From assembly GCA_963841435.1 (NCBI GenBank), contig CAWJCS010000005.1, positions 576,001 to 640,000 on the forward strand: DNA of 64,000 bases. The letters are read 5' to 3'. Both the position numbers and the translations under genes were made by a program. A model generated the notes under the pieces. It had not been told where the DNA came from. It ran no database searches and was given only the letters and a program-made list of their open reading frames with translations. The stretch is from an uncultured delta proteobacterium (lineage in GTDB: Bacteria > Myxococcota_A > Polyangia > Polyangiales > Polyangiaceae). This document shows, piece after piece, positions 19,231 through 30,072 of this stretch (the first letter of the stretch is position 1; every line of letters begins with the position of its first letter).

Positions 19231-19730
19231 AGAAAAGCCACCGTCTGCTCGACATCTTGATCTGGACCGCGCTCGCGGCTTCCGTCGTCGTGCTCGTGCG
19301 CCGGCGTTCGTCCGGCCCCGACGAAGGCACCGAGGCGGCGCCCATCAGGCTGGCGCTGCTGGGAGAGGACGGCCATTTCGACCTCGCGAGCCAACGGGGC
19401 AAGCCCGTCGTGCTCGAGGTATTCGCGAGCTGGTGCGGCACCTGCCGCCGTGCGACACCCGTGCTCGCTCAGGCGTACCGCGACCACGGCAGCGAAAAGG
19501 CGACGTTCCTCGGTGTGAGCGTCAACGACTCACCCGCGGCGGCCCTGCGCGCGCAAAAGGAGTGGGACATCCCCTATCCGGTGGCGCTCGACGACGGACA
19601 GGTGGCGCGCGCGTACCACGTGTCGCTCTTGCCGACGGTCGTGCTCATCGATCGCGACGGCAAGGTGCGGCGCGCCTCGGCGGGCGTGCCCACGCGCGAC
19701 GAGCTCGATCGGTTCATCGCCGGGGAGTGA
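19227..19730 (+). CDS. TlpA-family thiol-disulfide oxidoreductase
   Basis: GKPVVLEVFASWCGTC, LPTVVLIDRDGKV; GTG at 19227 overlaps the upstream stop. Confidence 0.88.
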   Translation: MKKSHRLLDILIWTALAASVVVLVRRRSSGPDEGTEAAPIRLALLGEDGHFDLASQRGKPVVLEVFASWCGTCRRATPVLAQAYRDHGSEKATFLGVSVNDSPAAALRAQKEWDIPYPVALDDGQVARAYHVSLLPTVVLIDRDGKVRRASAGVPTRDELDRFIAGE

Positions 19731-19853
19731 CGTGCCGGCGCGCAGGGCAGCGGCGTGCGACGCCCTGGCGCCTCCCAGAGCGGCTCGAGCGCGGCGCCCG
19801 ACGTGGGCCCGCTGACGCAGGCGGAACCGTCGGCGTGCCGCCGCCGTGAACGG

Positions 19854-20666
19854 CTACGGGCTCGAGGCGGGGGCCGGCGCGGGCGGCACGGGCGGGTGGC
19901 CCGGCGGCGGCTTGAGCATGACGGTGTGGCGGCTCGAGCCGCTCGTGAGGGGGATGGGCACCGCGGAGCCGAGCGGCACGACGGAGCCGCTCGGGGCTCC
20001 CGAGAGGCTCGGAGGGGGCATGAGCTGCGACCCGAAGGCACCCTCGGCGCCAGAAGGCGTGGCGTGGAAGGTGCCGTCATCGGGCTCGCGCGACATGACC
20101 TTCCAGAGCGAGCCCGAGCGCTCGAGCTTGAGCAGGCTCACATCCTTCTTGCCGCCGGGCATCTCGGTGGTCACTCGCACGACGGCGCTCGTGGCCTGAC
20201 GCTCGAGCAGGGCCGGCGTGCTGGCGACACCCTTTTCCATGTGCTTGCGCTCCATGGCGCATTCCTGGCTCTTCGCGTCACAGTCGGCCTTCGCCTTCTG
20301 CACGGCCACGAGGGCGGAGCCGCTCGCTAGCTCGGCGGCGCCGTCGAAATCGAGCTGCAACAGTCGCTGCTGCATTTCGAGCGCGGCGTCCTTCGGCTCG
20401 CGTGCCAGCTCCTCGGTCTTGACGGCGCGCGGGCGGCGCGTTTCACGCGGCGGGTGGTAGTTGCACCCGCCCCGCGCAAACCCCCAAAGGACGAGCGTCA
20501 CGACGCCCATGAAGCCGAGCACGACGAGCGTCAGCTTGTCGGGCGCGTCGATCTGGTCTTCGTTCTCGGGCAGCGGGGGCCTCGGGCGCTTGATCTTCTT
20601 CGACCGCGCGCCGGTCCGCCTGGCACTCTTCGTGTCCGTCGCGCCTTCGTCCGCCTCGCTCACCAT
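19854..20666 (-). CDS. Hypothetical single-TM protein with Pro-rich tail
   Basis: Non-shadow composition, one TM helix, GC-rich third codon positions; start uncertain. Confidence 0.65.
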   Translation of the reverse strand: MVSEADEGATDTKSARRTGARSKKIKRPRPPLPENEDQIDAPDKLTLVVLGFMGVVTLVLWGFARGGCNYHPPRETRRPRAVKTEELAREPKDAALEMQQRLLQLDFDGAAELASGSALVAVQKAKADCDAKSQECAMERKHMEKGVASTPALLERQATSAVVRVTTEMPGGKKDVSLLKLERSGSLWKVMSREPDDGTFHATPSGAEGAFGSQLMPPPSLSGAPSGSVVPLGSAVPIPLTSGSSRHTVMLKPPPGHPPVPPAPAPASSP

Positions 20667-20771
20667 GGGGGCTCTTGAAACCACGCGGACGGGGGCCGCG
20701 CAACAACGATCGGCAGGGTTTTACCCCCAAAACCGGGAAACCGCCCACCGCGGGCGACCGACTGGCCCGCC

Positions 20772-21680
20772 ATGCGCCATCTCGTGCCCTCCTTGCTCGT
20801 CATCGGCTGCTCGGCCGGGGCCCCGCTCCCGCCCCCGGCGGCCGCCCTGAACCGTGCCGGCATCGAAGCGCTGGCCCAAGGCGACCTCGAGACGGCCGAC
20901 GCCCGGTTCAGCGTGGCCCTCGAATACAGCCCGCGGTTCGTCGACGCGCTCGTGAACCTCGGCACCGTCGAGCTCGAGCGGGGCAACTTCGGCCGGGCGA
21001 GTGTGCTCTTCGAGCGGGCACGGCGCCTCAATCCCAACGTCGCGGAGCCGCACCACGCGCTCGGTGTGCTCGCCGAACGCGAGCGCCGGCCCGATCGAGC
21101 CTCCGAGCACTACTACGAGGCGCTGCGCGTCGACCCGGGCTTCGCGCCCGCGCGCCACAACCTCGCGCGCTTGCTCTTCCAAGCGGGCGACCTGGAGGAA
21201 GCGCTCGTTCAATACCAGCGTCTCGTCGAGATCGCACCCGACGATCCGGCCGCCGCCGCCGGCATCGTCGAAACGCTCACGCGGCTCGGCCGCACGCACG
21301 AGGCCGAGGCGCGGCTCGCCCCCGCGCTCGCTCGCCATCCGGACGATCCCTCGCTCCTCGTGCTCGCCGCGCGCGCCGAGCTGCGAGCGCATCACATCGA
21401 GTCGGCCATCGCGCGACTCCGTCCCCTCGGCGCGCGGCACGACGAGCACGGCGCGACCGCGCTCGCCTGGCTCGCCCTGGCCGAGCTCCTACGAGAAAAG
21501 CCGCGCGCCGCGGTCGACGCCGCGAGCCGCTCACTCGCGCTCGACGGCGAGCAGGAGGTGGCGACCTTCGCCCTCGCCGTCGCGCTCACCAACCTCGGCG
21601 CGCCCGAGGCCGCGAGCTGGGTCGCGCGAGCGCGTCAAATCGCCCCCCACGACCCGCTGCTCGCGCGACTCGCACGCTGA
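20772..21680 (+). CDS. TPR-repeat lipoprotein
   Basis: VIGC lipobox; TPR patterns (ALVNLG, ARHNLARLL). Confidence 0.82.
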   Translation: MRHLVPSLLVIGCSAGAPLPPPAAALNRAGIEALAQGDLETADARFSVALEYSPRFVDALVNLGTVELERGNFGRASVLFERARRLNPNVAEPHHALGVLAERERRPDRASEHYYEALRVDPGFAPARHNLARLLFQAGDLEEALVQYQRLVEIAPDDPAAAAGIVETLTRLGRTHEAEARLAPALARHPDDPSLLVLAARAELRAHHIESAIARLRPLGARHDEHGATALAWLALAELLREKPRAAVDAASRSLALDGEQEVATFALAVALTNLGAPEAASWVARARQIAPHDPLLARLAR

Positions 21681-21705
21681 ATGCTATGAACCGGGCGTGC
21701 ACCGC

Positions 21706-22356
21706 GTGAGCCCGTCCGCGCGCGACCGCGAGCGTTTCATTGCGCTCGTGGGCGTCTGCGATCGACGGCTCGGCCACACCTTCCTCGCCAAGGGCGCGCG
21801 TCTGTACGGATTCGGCATCGCGGCAAGCTACGCCATCCTGCTCTTGTTCGACCCCGCCGACCCGCTGCCGATCCTCCGCCGCGCCCTCGGCACGCTCGCG
21901 TGGATCGTCGGAGGGCTCGTGAGCCTCGCCGCGGCGAAGGACGCCGGCGCCGACACCACGAGCGGGCTCGCGTTGCTAGCCCGCCAGCGTGGCGTGACCC
22001 GGCACGAACTCGAAGCGGCCCGCTGGGTCGGCAGCGCGCTGCGCATCGCGCGGCTCACCGGTGTGCCGGCGCTCGCGCTCGCCGCGATCGCCGCGGCGCA
22101 CGCACCGGCAAGCGTGGGCCTCGCCGAGCCGCTGCACTGGGCCCTCGGCTCGGCGGGGTTCGCGATCGCGCTCGGCGTCGGCCTCGCGACGCTCGCGCGG
22201 GGGGCAGCGTGGCTCTCGCCCGAGCGCGGGCGCATCGCGCTCGTCTGCCTCGTGGTTCTGCCCGTTTTGGCGGCCGAGCTCTGGCCCGCGGCGCCGCGGC
22301 TCGATGCCGCCTACGGGCGACTGCTCGCACTGACGCTCGGGCGGGGGGCGGCGTGA
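21706..22356 (+). CDS. Hypothetical multi-TM protein (ABC-2 permease-like)
   Basis: Hydrophobic C-terminal part of ORF 21001-22356; stop overlaps the next start; start approximate. Confidence 0.55.
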   Translation: MSPSARDRERFIALVGVCDRRLGHTFLAKGARLYGFGIAASYAILLLFDPADPLPILRRALGTLAWIVGGLVSLAAAKDAGADTTSGLALLARQRGVTRHELEAARWVGSALRIARLTGVPALALAAIAAAHAPASVGLAEPLHWALGSAGFAIALGVGLATLARGAAWLSPERGRIALVCLVVLPVLAAELWPAAPRLDAAYGRLLALTLGRGAA

Positions 22357-23414
22357 GCGAGCTCGTGCTGGAGCGCGTGGGCCAGGGCGCACTCGTGCTC
22401 GCCGACGCGCGGTTCGGGCCGGGGCTGCACGTCGTGGTGGGCGACGCCGCCGCCGCCCTTTCAACACTCGTCAACCTCGTCGCGGGCACGTCGTCGCCCC
22501 GTCGCGGCCGTGTCCTGTGTGACGGCAAGAACCCGCACGCCTCACCCGAAGCGCGCGCGGGTATCGCGGCGCTGCTCGCCACCGAAACGCTACCGATGGC
22601 GACGACGGTCGCCGCCGCCGTGGAGCGGGTGCTCCTCGCGCGGGGCCAGGCACCGTCGCCAACGGCCCTGCTCGCCGAGCAAGGCCTCGAGGCTTGGGCC
22701 CGACGCCGGCCCGCCGATCTCGACGCCGCCGAGCGCCGGAGGGTCGCGCTGGCGCTCGCCCTCGCGCACCCGCGCCCCGCGGTGATGGCGCTGTTCGAGC
22801 CGTTCCAGGCGAACGGCGCTGCTTCGTCGGAGCCGCTCCGCGCCGCGTTGCTCGGCCGCGCGGCGGGCGGCGCCGTCGTGCTCGTCGCGACGACCAATCC
22901 GACGGCGCTCCGCGCGGTACCCGCCGCTCGGCTGTCGCTCCAGGGCGGAACGCTCGTACCGGCTCGACCCGAGGCGCTTCTCGCGCCCGGCCTCGCGTCG
23001 CTTCGTGTGCAGAGCGACGCGCCCCAGCGCCTCGTCCACGCGCTCTCGGCCGACGAGAGCGTGAGCGGCGTTCACTGGCACGAGGGGGCAGAGCCGGGCG
23101 TCGTCGTCGCGTTCGGGCCCGAGCTCGAAGCGCTCGCGGCGAGCGTCGCGCGCGCCGCCGAGACGTCGGGCGCGTCGCTCGAGCGTCTCTTCCCCGCGAC
23201 GGCGCCGCGCCCGCCGGCACCCGGCGCGCCGCCGCCCGCGGCGGCGCAAGCAATGGCGCCCGGCGCGCCGCCCCTGCCCTGGCCGTCGACGCCGAGCGGT
23301 GCGCCGCCTGCGGCACCCGACGCGACGAGCTCGAGAGCTCCCGACCAGTCCGTCCGCATGCCAACGTCCTTTGCGGATCCCACGCGGCCGAGCGGCGAAA
23401 ACGGTGACCGATGA
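22353..23414 (+). CDS. Degenerate ABC ATP-binding-like protein with Pro-rich tail
   Basis: ABC-like spacing, but Walker A reads GDAAAALST, signature LDAAERRR and Walker B MALFEP. Confidence 0.65.
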   Translation: MSELVLERVGQGALVLADARFGPGLHVVVGDAAAALSTLVNLVAGTSSPRRGRVLCDGKNPHASPEARAGIAALLATETLPMATTVAAAVERVLLARGQAPSPTALLAEQGLEAWARRRPADLDAAERRRVALALALAHPRPAVMALFEPFQANGAASSEPLRAALLGRAAGGAVVLVATTNPTALRAVPAARLSLQGGTLVPARPEALLAPGLASLRVQSDAPQRLVHALSADESVSGVHWHEGAEPGVVVAFGPELEALAASVARAAETSGASLERLFPATAPRPPAPGAPPPAAAQAMAPGAPPLPWPSTPSGAPPAAPDATSSRAPDQSVRMPTSFADPTRPSGENGDR

Positions 23415-24088
23415 GCGTCTGGCTCGGCACCCGCATCACCCTCGACGCGCTCCGACGCCCCGCGGTGTGGGTCCTCGCGGCGCTCGGTGCGCTCTTCGTC
23501 GTCGGGCTCGGGCTCGTCGAGCGTACCCAGGAGCCCGTGCATGCCGCGGATCGCACGCTGCTCGGCGTAGCGTTCGGCTTCGTCGCTCCGCTCTGGTGCT
23601 ACGTCGCGTTCGAGGCGGTGCACCAGCGGCAGAGGACGCGCGCGCTCACCTTCCCCGTCGCGCGCCACGGACGCAGTCGGCGCGCCGTAGCGCTCGGGCT
23701 GCTCGGCGCGCTCGGCGCCGTTTGCGCCACGACGGGCGGCGTTCTCGGGCTGCTCGCGATCTTGGCCTCGCGGCCCGTCGTCGCAGCTGGCTTCGCCGCC
23801 GACCTCTACGCCTCACTGTGGGGTGGAGCGGCCATCGGGGCAGCGTATGCCGGGCTCTTCGCGGTGGGGTCGCTCTTCGGCCGCCCGGGACGCCTCGTGG
23901 CCCTTGCAGCGGACTTTCTCCTCGGGTCGGGCGCCGGCTACCTGGCGCTGCCGTTTCCGCGCGCGAGCGCCCGCGATTTGCTCGGGGGGGAGCCCGTGCT
24001 CGGTCTGCCGCAACTGACGGCGCTCTTTTGCCTGTTCGCGCTGAGTCTCGCGGGTCCCCTGATTGCCGCGGCGCGCGAGCCACGTTGA
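23411..24088 (+). CDS. Hypothetical multi-TM protein (ABC-2 permease-like)
   Basis: About 6 hydrophobic helices; start overlaps the upstream stop. Confidence 0.65.
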   Translation: MSVWLGTRITLDALRRPAVWVLAALGALFVVGLGLVERTQEPVHAADRTLLGVAFGFVAPLWCYVAFEAVHQRQRTRALTFPVARHGRSRRAVALGLLGALGAVCATTGGVLGLLAILASRPVVAAGFAADLYASLWGGAAIGAAYAGLFAVGSLFGRPGRLVALAADFLLGSGAGYLALPFPRASARDLLGGEPVLGLPQLTALFCLFALSLAGPLIAAAREPR

Positions 24089-24102
24089 CGTAGGGCGAGA
24101 CG

Positions 24103-24831
24103 GTGGCAAAGTACCCGCGAGTGCGCGGTATCGCCTGCGAATTTCCCGGCTTCCACAGTTTGGAGGCTGCCATCGAACGCGGTGCTGACGAGCACGAGCT
24201 CGACCTGCCGTGCTGTCAGGCGGTGTCGGACGGTGAATGGCTCGTCGTCACGATCGTCGTGGGCGACGCATGCACGGCGGTGGCGAGCCACGCCGAAGAT
24301 CGGGGCACCGGCGTACGCCTCACCTTCGTCGAGCGCGACTGGCAGCGGCTCGTGGCCTTCGCCGCCGACGGCAGCCCTCCGTCACTACCACCGAGCACGC
24401 CCGAGGCCGTCCCCCACCCCGTGCAGGCCGCGCCCGGCACGCGCGTGCTGATCGTCGACGACGATCGGGCGCTGCAGTCGATCGTGAGCCGCATGCTCGA
24501 GGGCTCGGGGATCTCGGCGCTTCACGCGGAGAGTGCCGAAGAGGCCTGGGACCTCATCGCGGGCGATCCGGTCGATCTGATGGTGCTCGACTGGTCGCTG
24601 CCCGGCATGAGTGGGCTCGATCTGTGCAAGAAGGTGCGGGAAGACGAGCGGCTCGGCCCGCTGCCGATCCTGTTTCTTACCTCGCACTCGGGCAGCGACG
24701 ATCTGGTGTCGGCGTTCGACGCGGGCGCCGACGACTTCGTGAGCAAGCCCTTCCGAGCCCCCGAGCTCAAGGCGCGCGTGCTCGGGCTGCTGCGTCGCAC
24801 GCGGTCCGCCATCCCGTTTGCGCCGAGCTGA
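24103..24831 (+). CDS. Response regulator: unknown N-terminal domain plus C-terminal REC
   Basis: VLIVDDD, LDWSLPGMSG, GADDFVSKPF; no C-terminal output domain. Confidence 0.85.
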   Translation: MAKYPRVRGIACEFPGFHSLEAAIERGADEHELDLPCCQAVSDGEWLVVTIVVGDACTAVASHAEDRGTGVRLTFVERDWQRLVAFAADGSPPSLPPSTPEAVPHPVQAAPGTRVLIVDDDRALQSIVSRMLEGSGISALHAESAEEAWDLIAGDPVDLMVLDWSLPGMSGLDLCKKVREDERLGPLPILFLTSHSGSDDLVSAFDAGADDFVSKPFRAPELKARVLGLLRRTRSAIPFAPS

Positions 24832-24967
24832 CGCGCTTCTTGCGACGACTCACGAGTCGAAGCCGCGCCCTCGGGATCGTCTCTCCGCCCGAACGGTCTT
24901 GCGACGCTCGTGAGTCGGAGAACAAGGGGCACCAGCCGCGCTGGGCCCCGTTTTCGGTTGGCCCTGG

Positions 24968-26554
24968 CTAGAGATTTTCCCGAAAAGCTTCCGCGGGGCG
25001 AAGCCGCGCGGCGTACTGGGCCGGGCGGAGCGTCGCCACGAGGCACACGAGGATGGCGAACAGCCCGACCATCGCGAAATCGCTCGCGCGCATCAGCACA
25101 GGGAGCTTCGAGATGAAGTAGACCTTCGGATCGAGCGGCAGACCGTACACCGTGAGGAGCTTGCAGATGCCGTAGCCGAGCGCGAGGCCGCACAGCGTGC
25201 CGACGATGCCGATGATGCCGCCCTGGTACAAGAACGCCCGCAGAACGGCGCTGTTCCTCGCGCCCATCGCCTTGAGCACCGCGATCTCGCGCTTCTTGTC
25301 GAGCACCACCATGATGAGCGTCGCGATCACGGTGAACGCCGCCACGACGATGATGAGCGCAAGCACGAGACTCATCAGGATTTGCTGGATGCGAAGCGCC
25401 GTGAAGAGCCCGTGGTTCAGCTCCTCCCAGTCGAGTGTGTGATAGACGCCGTTGGCGAGCTTGGCGTCGACGAGACCCTTGACGTCTCGCGCGTGGTCGA
25501 TGTCGGCCACCTTCATTTCCACGCCGGTCACACTGTCGCCCGAGTCGTAGAACGCCTGCGCCTCGTAGAGGTCGGTGTAGACGAGCTTCGAATCGTACTG
25601 GTCGAACCCCGCATCGAAGATCGCGATCACGCGAAATTGCTTGGCGACGGGCGCGTGCATCGCGCCACGCGCGTAGACGAAGCCGATCGTCGGCGAGGTG
25701 ACCTGGATGCAGGCGCCGAGGTCGGCGTTGAGGTTCTTGGCGAGCGTCGACCCGACGACGATGCCCGGCAGGCGCGCCACCGCGCTCGGGCTCTTGCACG
25801 GATCGGGGTCGAGCTCCTCGGGGATCACGTCGTCCTCCGGGAGCTTCGCGCTGAAGCCGCCGTCCGGCTCGATCGCGCCCACGGGGGCGTCGGGCGGCAG
25901 ATCGGCAAGAATGTCGGGGTCACCCGCGTCGAGCGGCTCGTCCAGATCGGCGAGAGGATCCCCGAGAGCGGGCGCGCCGCCGTCCTTTTTCGCGGGGTCG
26001 CGCGCCATGAGCTCGAGTTCCGTGAGCAGCCCACCGGTCTTGCCCGGTGTCCCCGCGTCGGCGCCCTTCTTGGGCGGCGGCTCGATGCCGATCGAGCTTT
26101 GACGGCGGCGCTCGGGCGGCTTCGCGCTGTCGAGTCGCAGGCCGTGGAGGTTTCCCTTCACGATGTGCCGCGGAAGGTCCAGGACCGACTGGACACGCGC
26201 CGGATCGATGCCCTTGAGCAACACGCCCGTGGCCGTGCGGCTACCGTGCGTCACCATCATGGGGTTGATGACGAAGGGCGCGACGCCGATAACACCGGGC
26301 ACGGTGCGCACCTGGTCCATGACTTTTCGGTACTCGCGAAAGTCGCTCGAGTACTTGAGCACGAGGACGTGGGCGTTCACGCCGAGCACCTTCTCGCGAA
26401 ACTCCGCGCGGAAGCCGCCCGTCACGCTGATCACCGTCGCGAGCGCCGCAACGCCGAGCGCCACACCGAGGATCGCGAAAAGCGTGCCGACCGACACGCT
26501 CGCCTGCTTTTTCGAGCGCATGTATCGGAGGGCGAGCGAGAGGGGGAAACCCAT
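24968..26554 (-). CDS. LolC/E-family lipoprotein-releasing ABC permease with large periplasmic insertion
   Basis: ILGVALGVAAL, FREKVLGVNAHV, DWEELNHGLFTAL, KKREIAVLKAMGA, VYFISKLP. Confidence 0.88.
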   Translation of the reverse strand: MGFPLSLALRYMRSKKQASVSVGTLFAILGVALGVAALATVISVTGGFRAEFREKVLGVNAHVLVLKYSSDFREYRKVMDQVRTVPGVIGVAPFVINPMMVTHGSRTATGVLLKGIDPARVQSVLDLPRHIVKGNLHGLRLDSAKPPERRRQSSIGIEPPPKKGADAGTPGKTGGLLTELELMARDPAKKDGGAPALGDPLADLDEPLDAGDPDILADLPPDAPVGAIEPDGGFSAKLPEDDVIPEELDPDPCKSPSAVARLPGIVVGSTLAKNLNADLGACIQVTSPTIGFVYARGAMHAPVAKQFRVIAIFDAGFDQYDSKLVYTDLYEAQAFYDSGDSVTGVEMKVADIDHARDVKGLVDAKLANGVYHTLDWEELNHGLFTALRIQQILMSLVLALIIVVAAFTVIATLIMVVLDKKREIAVLKAMGARNSAVLRAFLYQGGIIGIVGTLCGLALGYGICKLLTVYGLPLDPKVYFISKLPVLMRASDFAMVGLFAILVCLVATLRPAQYAARLRPAEAFRENL

Positions 26555-26875
26555 GGAGGCCGCGCGGATCTACCACCCCCGCCGCCGGGGGCCGTCGACG
26601 CTGGCGGCGAGGCGGTGTGGCGTCAGGACCCGGCGGCGGGGGACGGAGTGACCGGCCCGTGACGCCGGGGTCCGCAACGGTTGCGCACCCTCACCCATTC
26701 GGGTGCCAGCGAACACCCTGAAAACACTGAGAAATTATGGCAGGCCGGACGGCCGAAGCCTGCACTGGACTAGGCTCGCCACTTGCATCCATGCTTTCGT
26801 TTGTCCCGCGCAAGGAAGACTGAATTTTCTTGCTGAGCGTACTACCGCTCCCAGGGACACGGTGACGAAGACCCA

Positions 26876-28537
<1,662 letters not shown>

Positions 28538-28626
28538 CGCCGACGCGCCGCGGCTGCGGGGCCCGGCGGCCGCCGATCAACGTCTGCTCCTGCCCAAGAC
28601 TGGCGGAGTAGTACTAGGCTCGCGGC

Positions 28627-30021
28627 ATGCGCGACACGGCGCGCCTGAGCGCATCGATTCCCGGGGAGGTGCGGGAGCTCGCCGAGCGACTCCACGAGGC
28701 AGGCCACCGCGCGTGGATCGTGGGCGGCTGCGTGCGCGACGAGCTGCTCGCCGAGCTCCGGGGCACCCCGAGGACGGTAGCGAGCGACTGGGACGTCGCG
28801 ACGGACGCTCGGCCCGAAGCCGTGATGCGGCTGTTTCGTCGTGTGATCCCCACGGGGCTGCAACACGGGACCGTGACGGTGCTGCTCGGCCAAAACACCT
28901 ACGAGGTCACGACCCTGCGTGGCGAGACCAGCTACAGCGACGGGCGTCGACCGGACGCGGTCTATTTCGTCGACGACATCAAGGACGATCTTTCACGACG
29001 CGACTTCACGATCAACGCCATCGCGTACGACCCACTCGCCGATCGCCTCATCGATCCATTCGACGGCCTCGGCGATCTCGAACGCCACGTGCTCCGAGCC
29101 GTCGGTGACCCGGCCGCTCGCTTCGCCGAGGACGGCCTGCGCGTGCTCCGGGCCGCCCGCTTCGTCGCGACGCTCGGCGTCGAGCTCGACCCCGAAACCG
29201 AACGCGCGATCGAGCCGTCGCTCGACAGCTATCGGAAGGTGAGCGCCGAGCGCATCCGCGACGAGTGGCTAAAGACGATGAGGGCGCCCGCACCGAGCCG
29301 CGCTTTTCGCGTCATGCAGACACACGGCCTGCTCGCCATCACGGCGCCCGAGCTCATCGAATCGGTCGATTGCGAACAGAACCGCTTCCACGCCTACGAC
29401 GTGTGGAACCACGCGCTCGCCTGCCTCGACGCCTGCCCGGCCGACGCCGTGCTGCGCGTGGCGGGCCTGCTGCACGACATCGGCAAGCCGCGCTCACGCG
29501 CCTTCAGCGAGAAGAACCAAGACTATACGTTTTACGACCACGATCGCATCGGGGCCGAGCTCGCGGACCCGCTGCTATCGCGCTTGCGCTTCTCGAACGA
29601 CGAGCGCGCCCGCATCGTGGCGCTCGTTCGTCACCACATCCTCTGCTACGACGAGACCTGGTCGGATGCCGCCGTACGACGCTGGCTCAGGCGCGTCACG
29701 CCGGAGCTTGCGCCCGCGCTCTACGTGCTCGGTCGCGCCGACGTGCTGGCCAAGGGCCGCGACGCCCCGCAAGACCTCGAGCGTCTCGTCGCGCTCGAGG
29801 AGCACGCGAAGCGCGTGCTCGAAGCGGGCACCGCTCTCGCCGTACGCGACCTCGCGATCGACGGCCATGCCCTCATGGGCGAGCTCGGCCTCGCACCCGG
29901 CCGCGTGCTCGGTGACCTCTTGAAGGCACTTCTCGACGCCGTCATCGAGGGCAAGGTCGAAAACGAGCGCGAGGCCCTGATCGCGCACGCGAAAATGCTC
30001 CTGTCCGAGCGAAAAATCTGA
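28627..30021 (+). CDS. cca: CCA tRNA nucleotidyltransferase / poly(A) polymerase family with HD domain
   Basis: VGGCVRD, DWDVAT, DLSRRDFTINA, EDGLRVLRAARF, LLHDIGKP. Confidence 0.88.
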   Translation: MRDTARLSASIPGEVRELAERLHEAGHRAWIVGGCVRDELLAELRGTPRTVASDWDVATDARPEAVMRLFRRVIPTGLQHGTVTVLLGQNTYEVTTLRGETSYSDGRRPDAVYFVDDIKDDLSRRDFTINAIAYDPLADRLIDPFDGLGDLERHVLRAVGDPAARFAEDGLRVLRAARFVATLGVELDPETERAIEPSLDSYRKVSAERIRDEWLKTMRAPAPSRAFRVMQTHGLLAITAPELIESVDCEQNRFHAYDVWNHALACLDACPADAVLRVAGLLHDIGKPRSRAFSEKNQDYTFYDHDRIGAELADPLLSRLRFSNDERARIVALVRHHILCYDETWSDAAVRRWLRRVTPELAPALYVLGRADVLAKGRDAPQDLERLVALEEHAKRVLEAGTALAVRDLAIDGHALMGELGLAPGRVLGDLLKALLDAVIEGKVENEREALIAHAKMLLSERKI

Positions 30022-30072
30022 CCACATCTGCCCACACATCGGCGCCACTGAAACCGGCTTTCCCCGCACATT

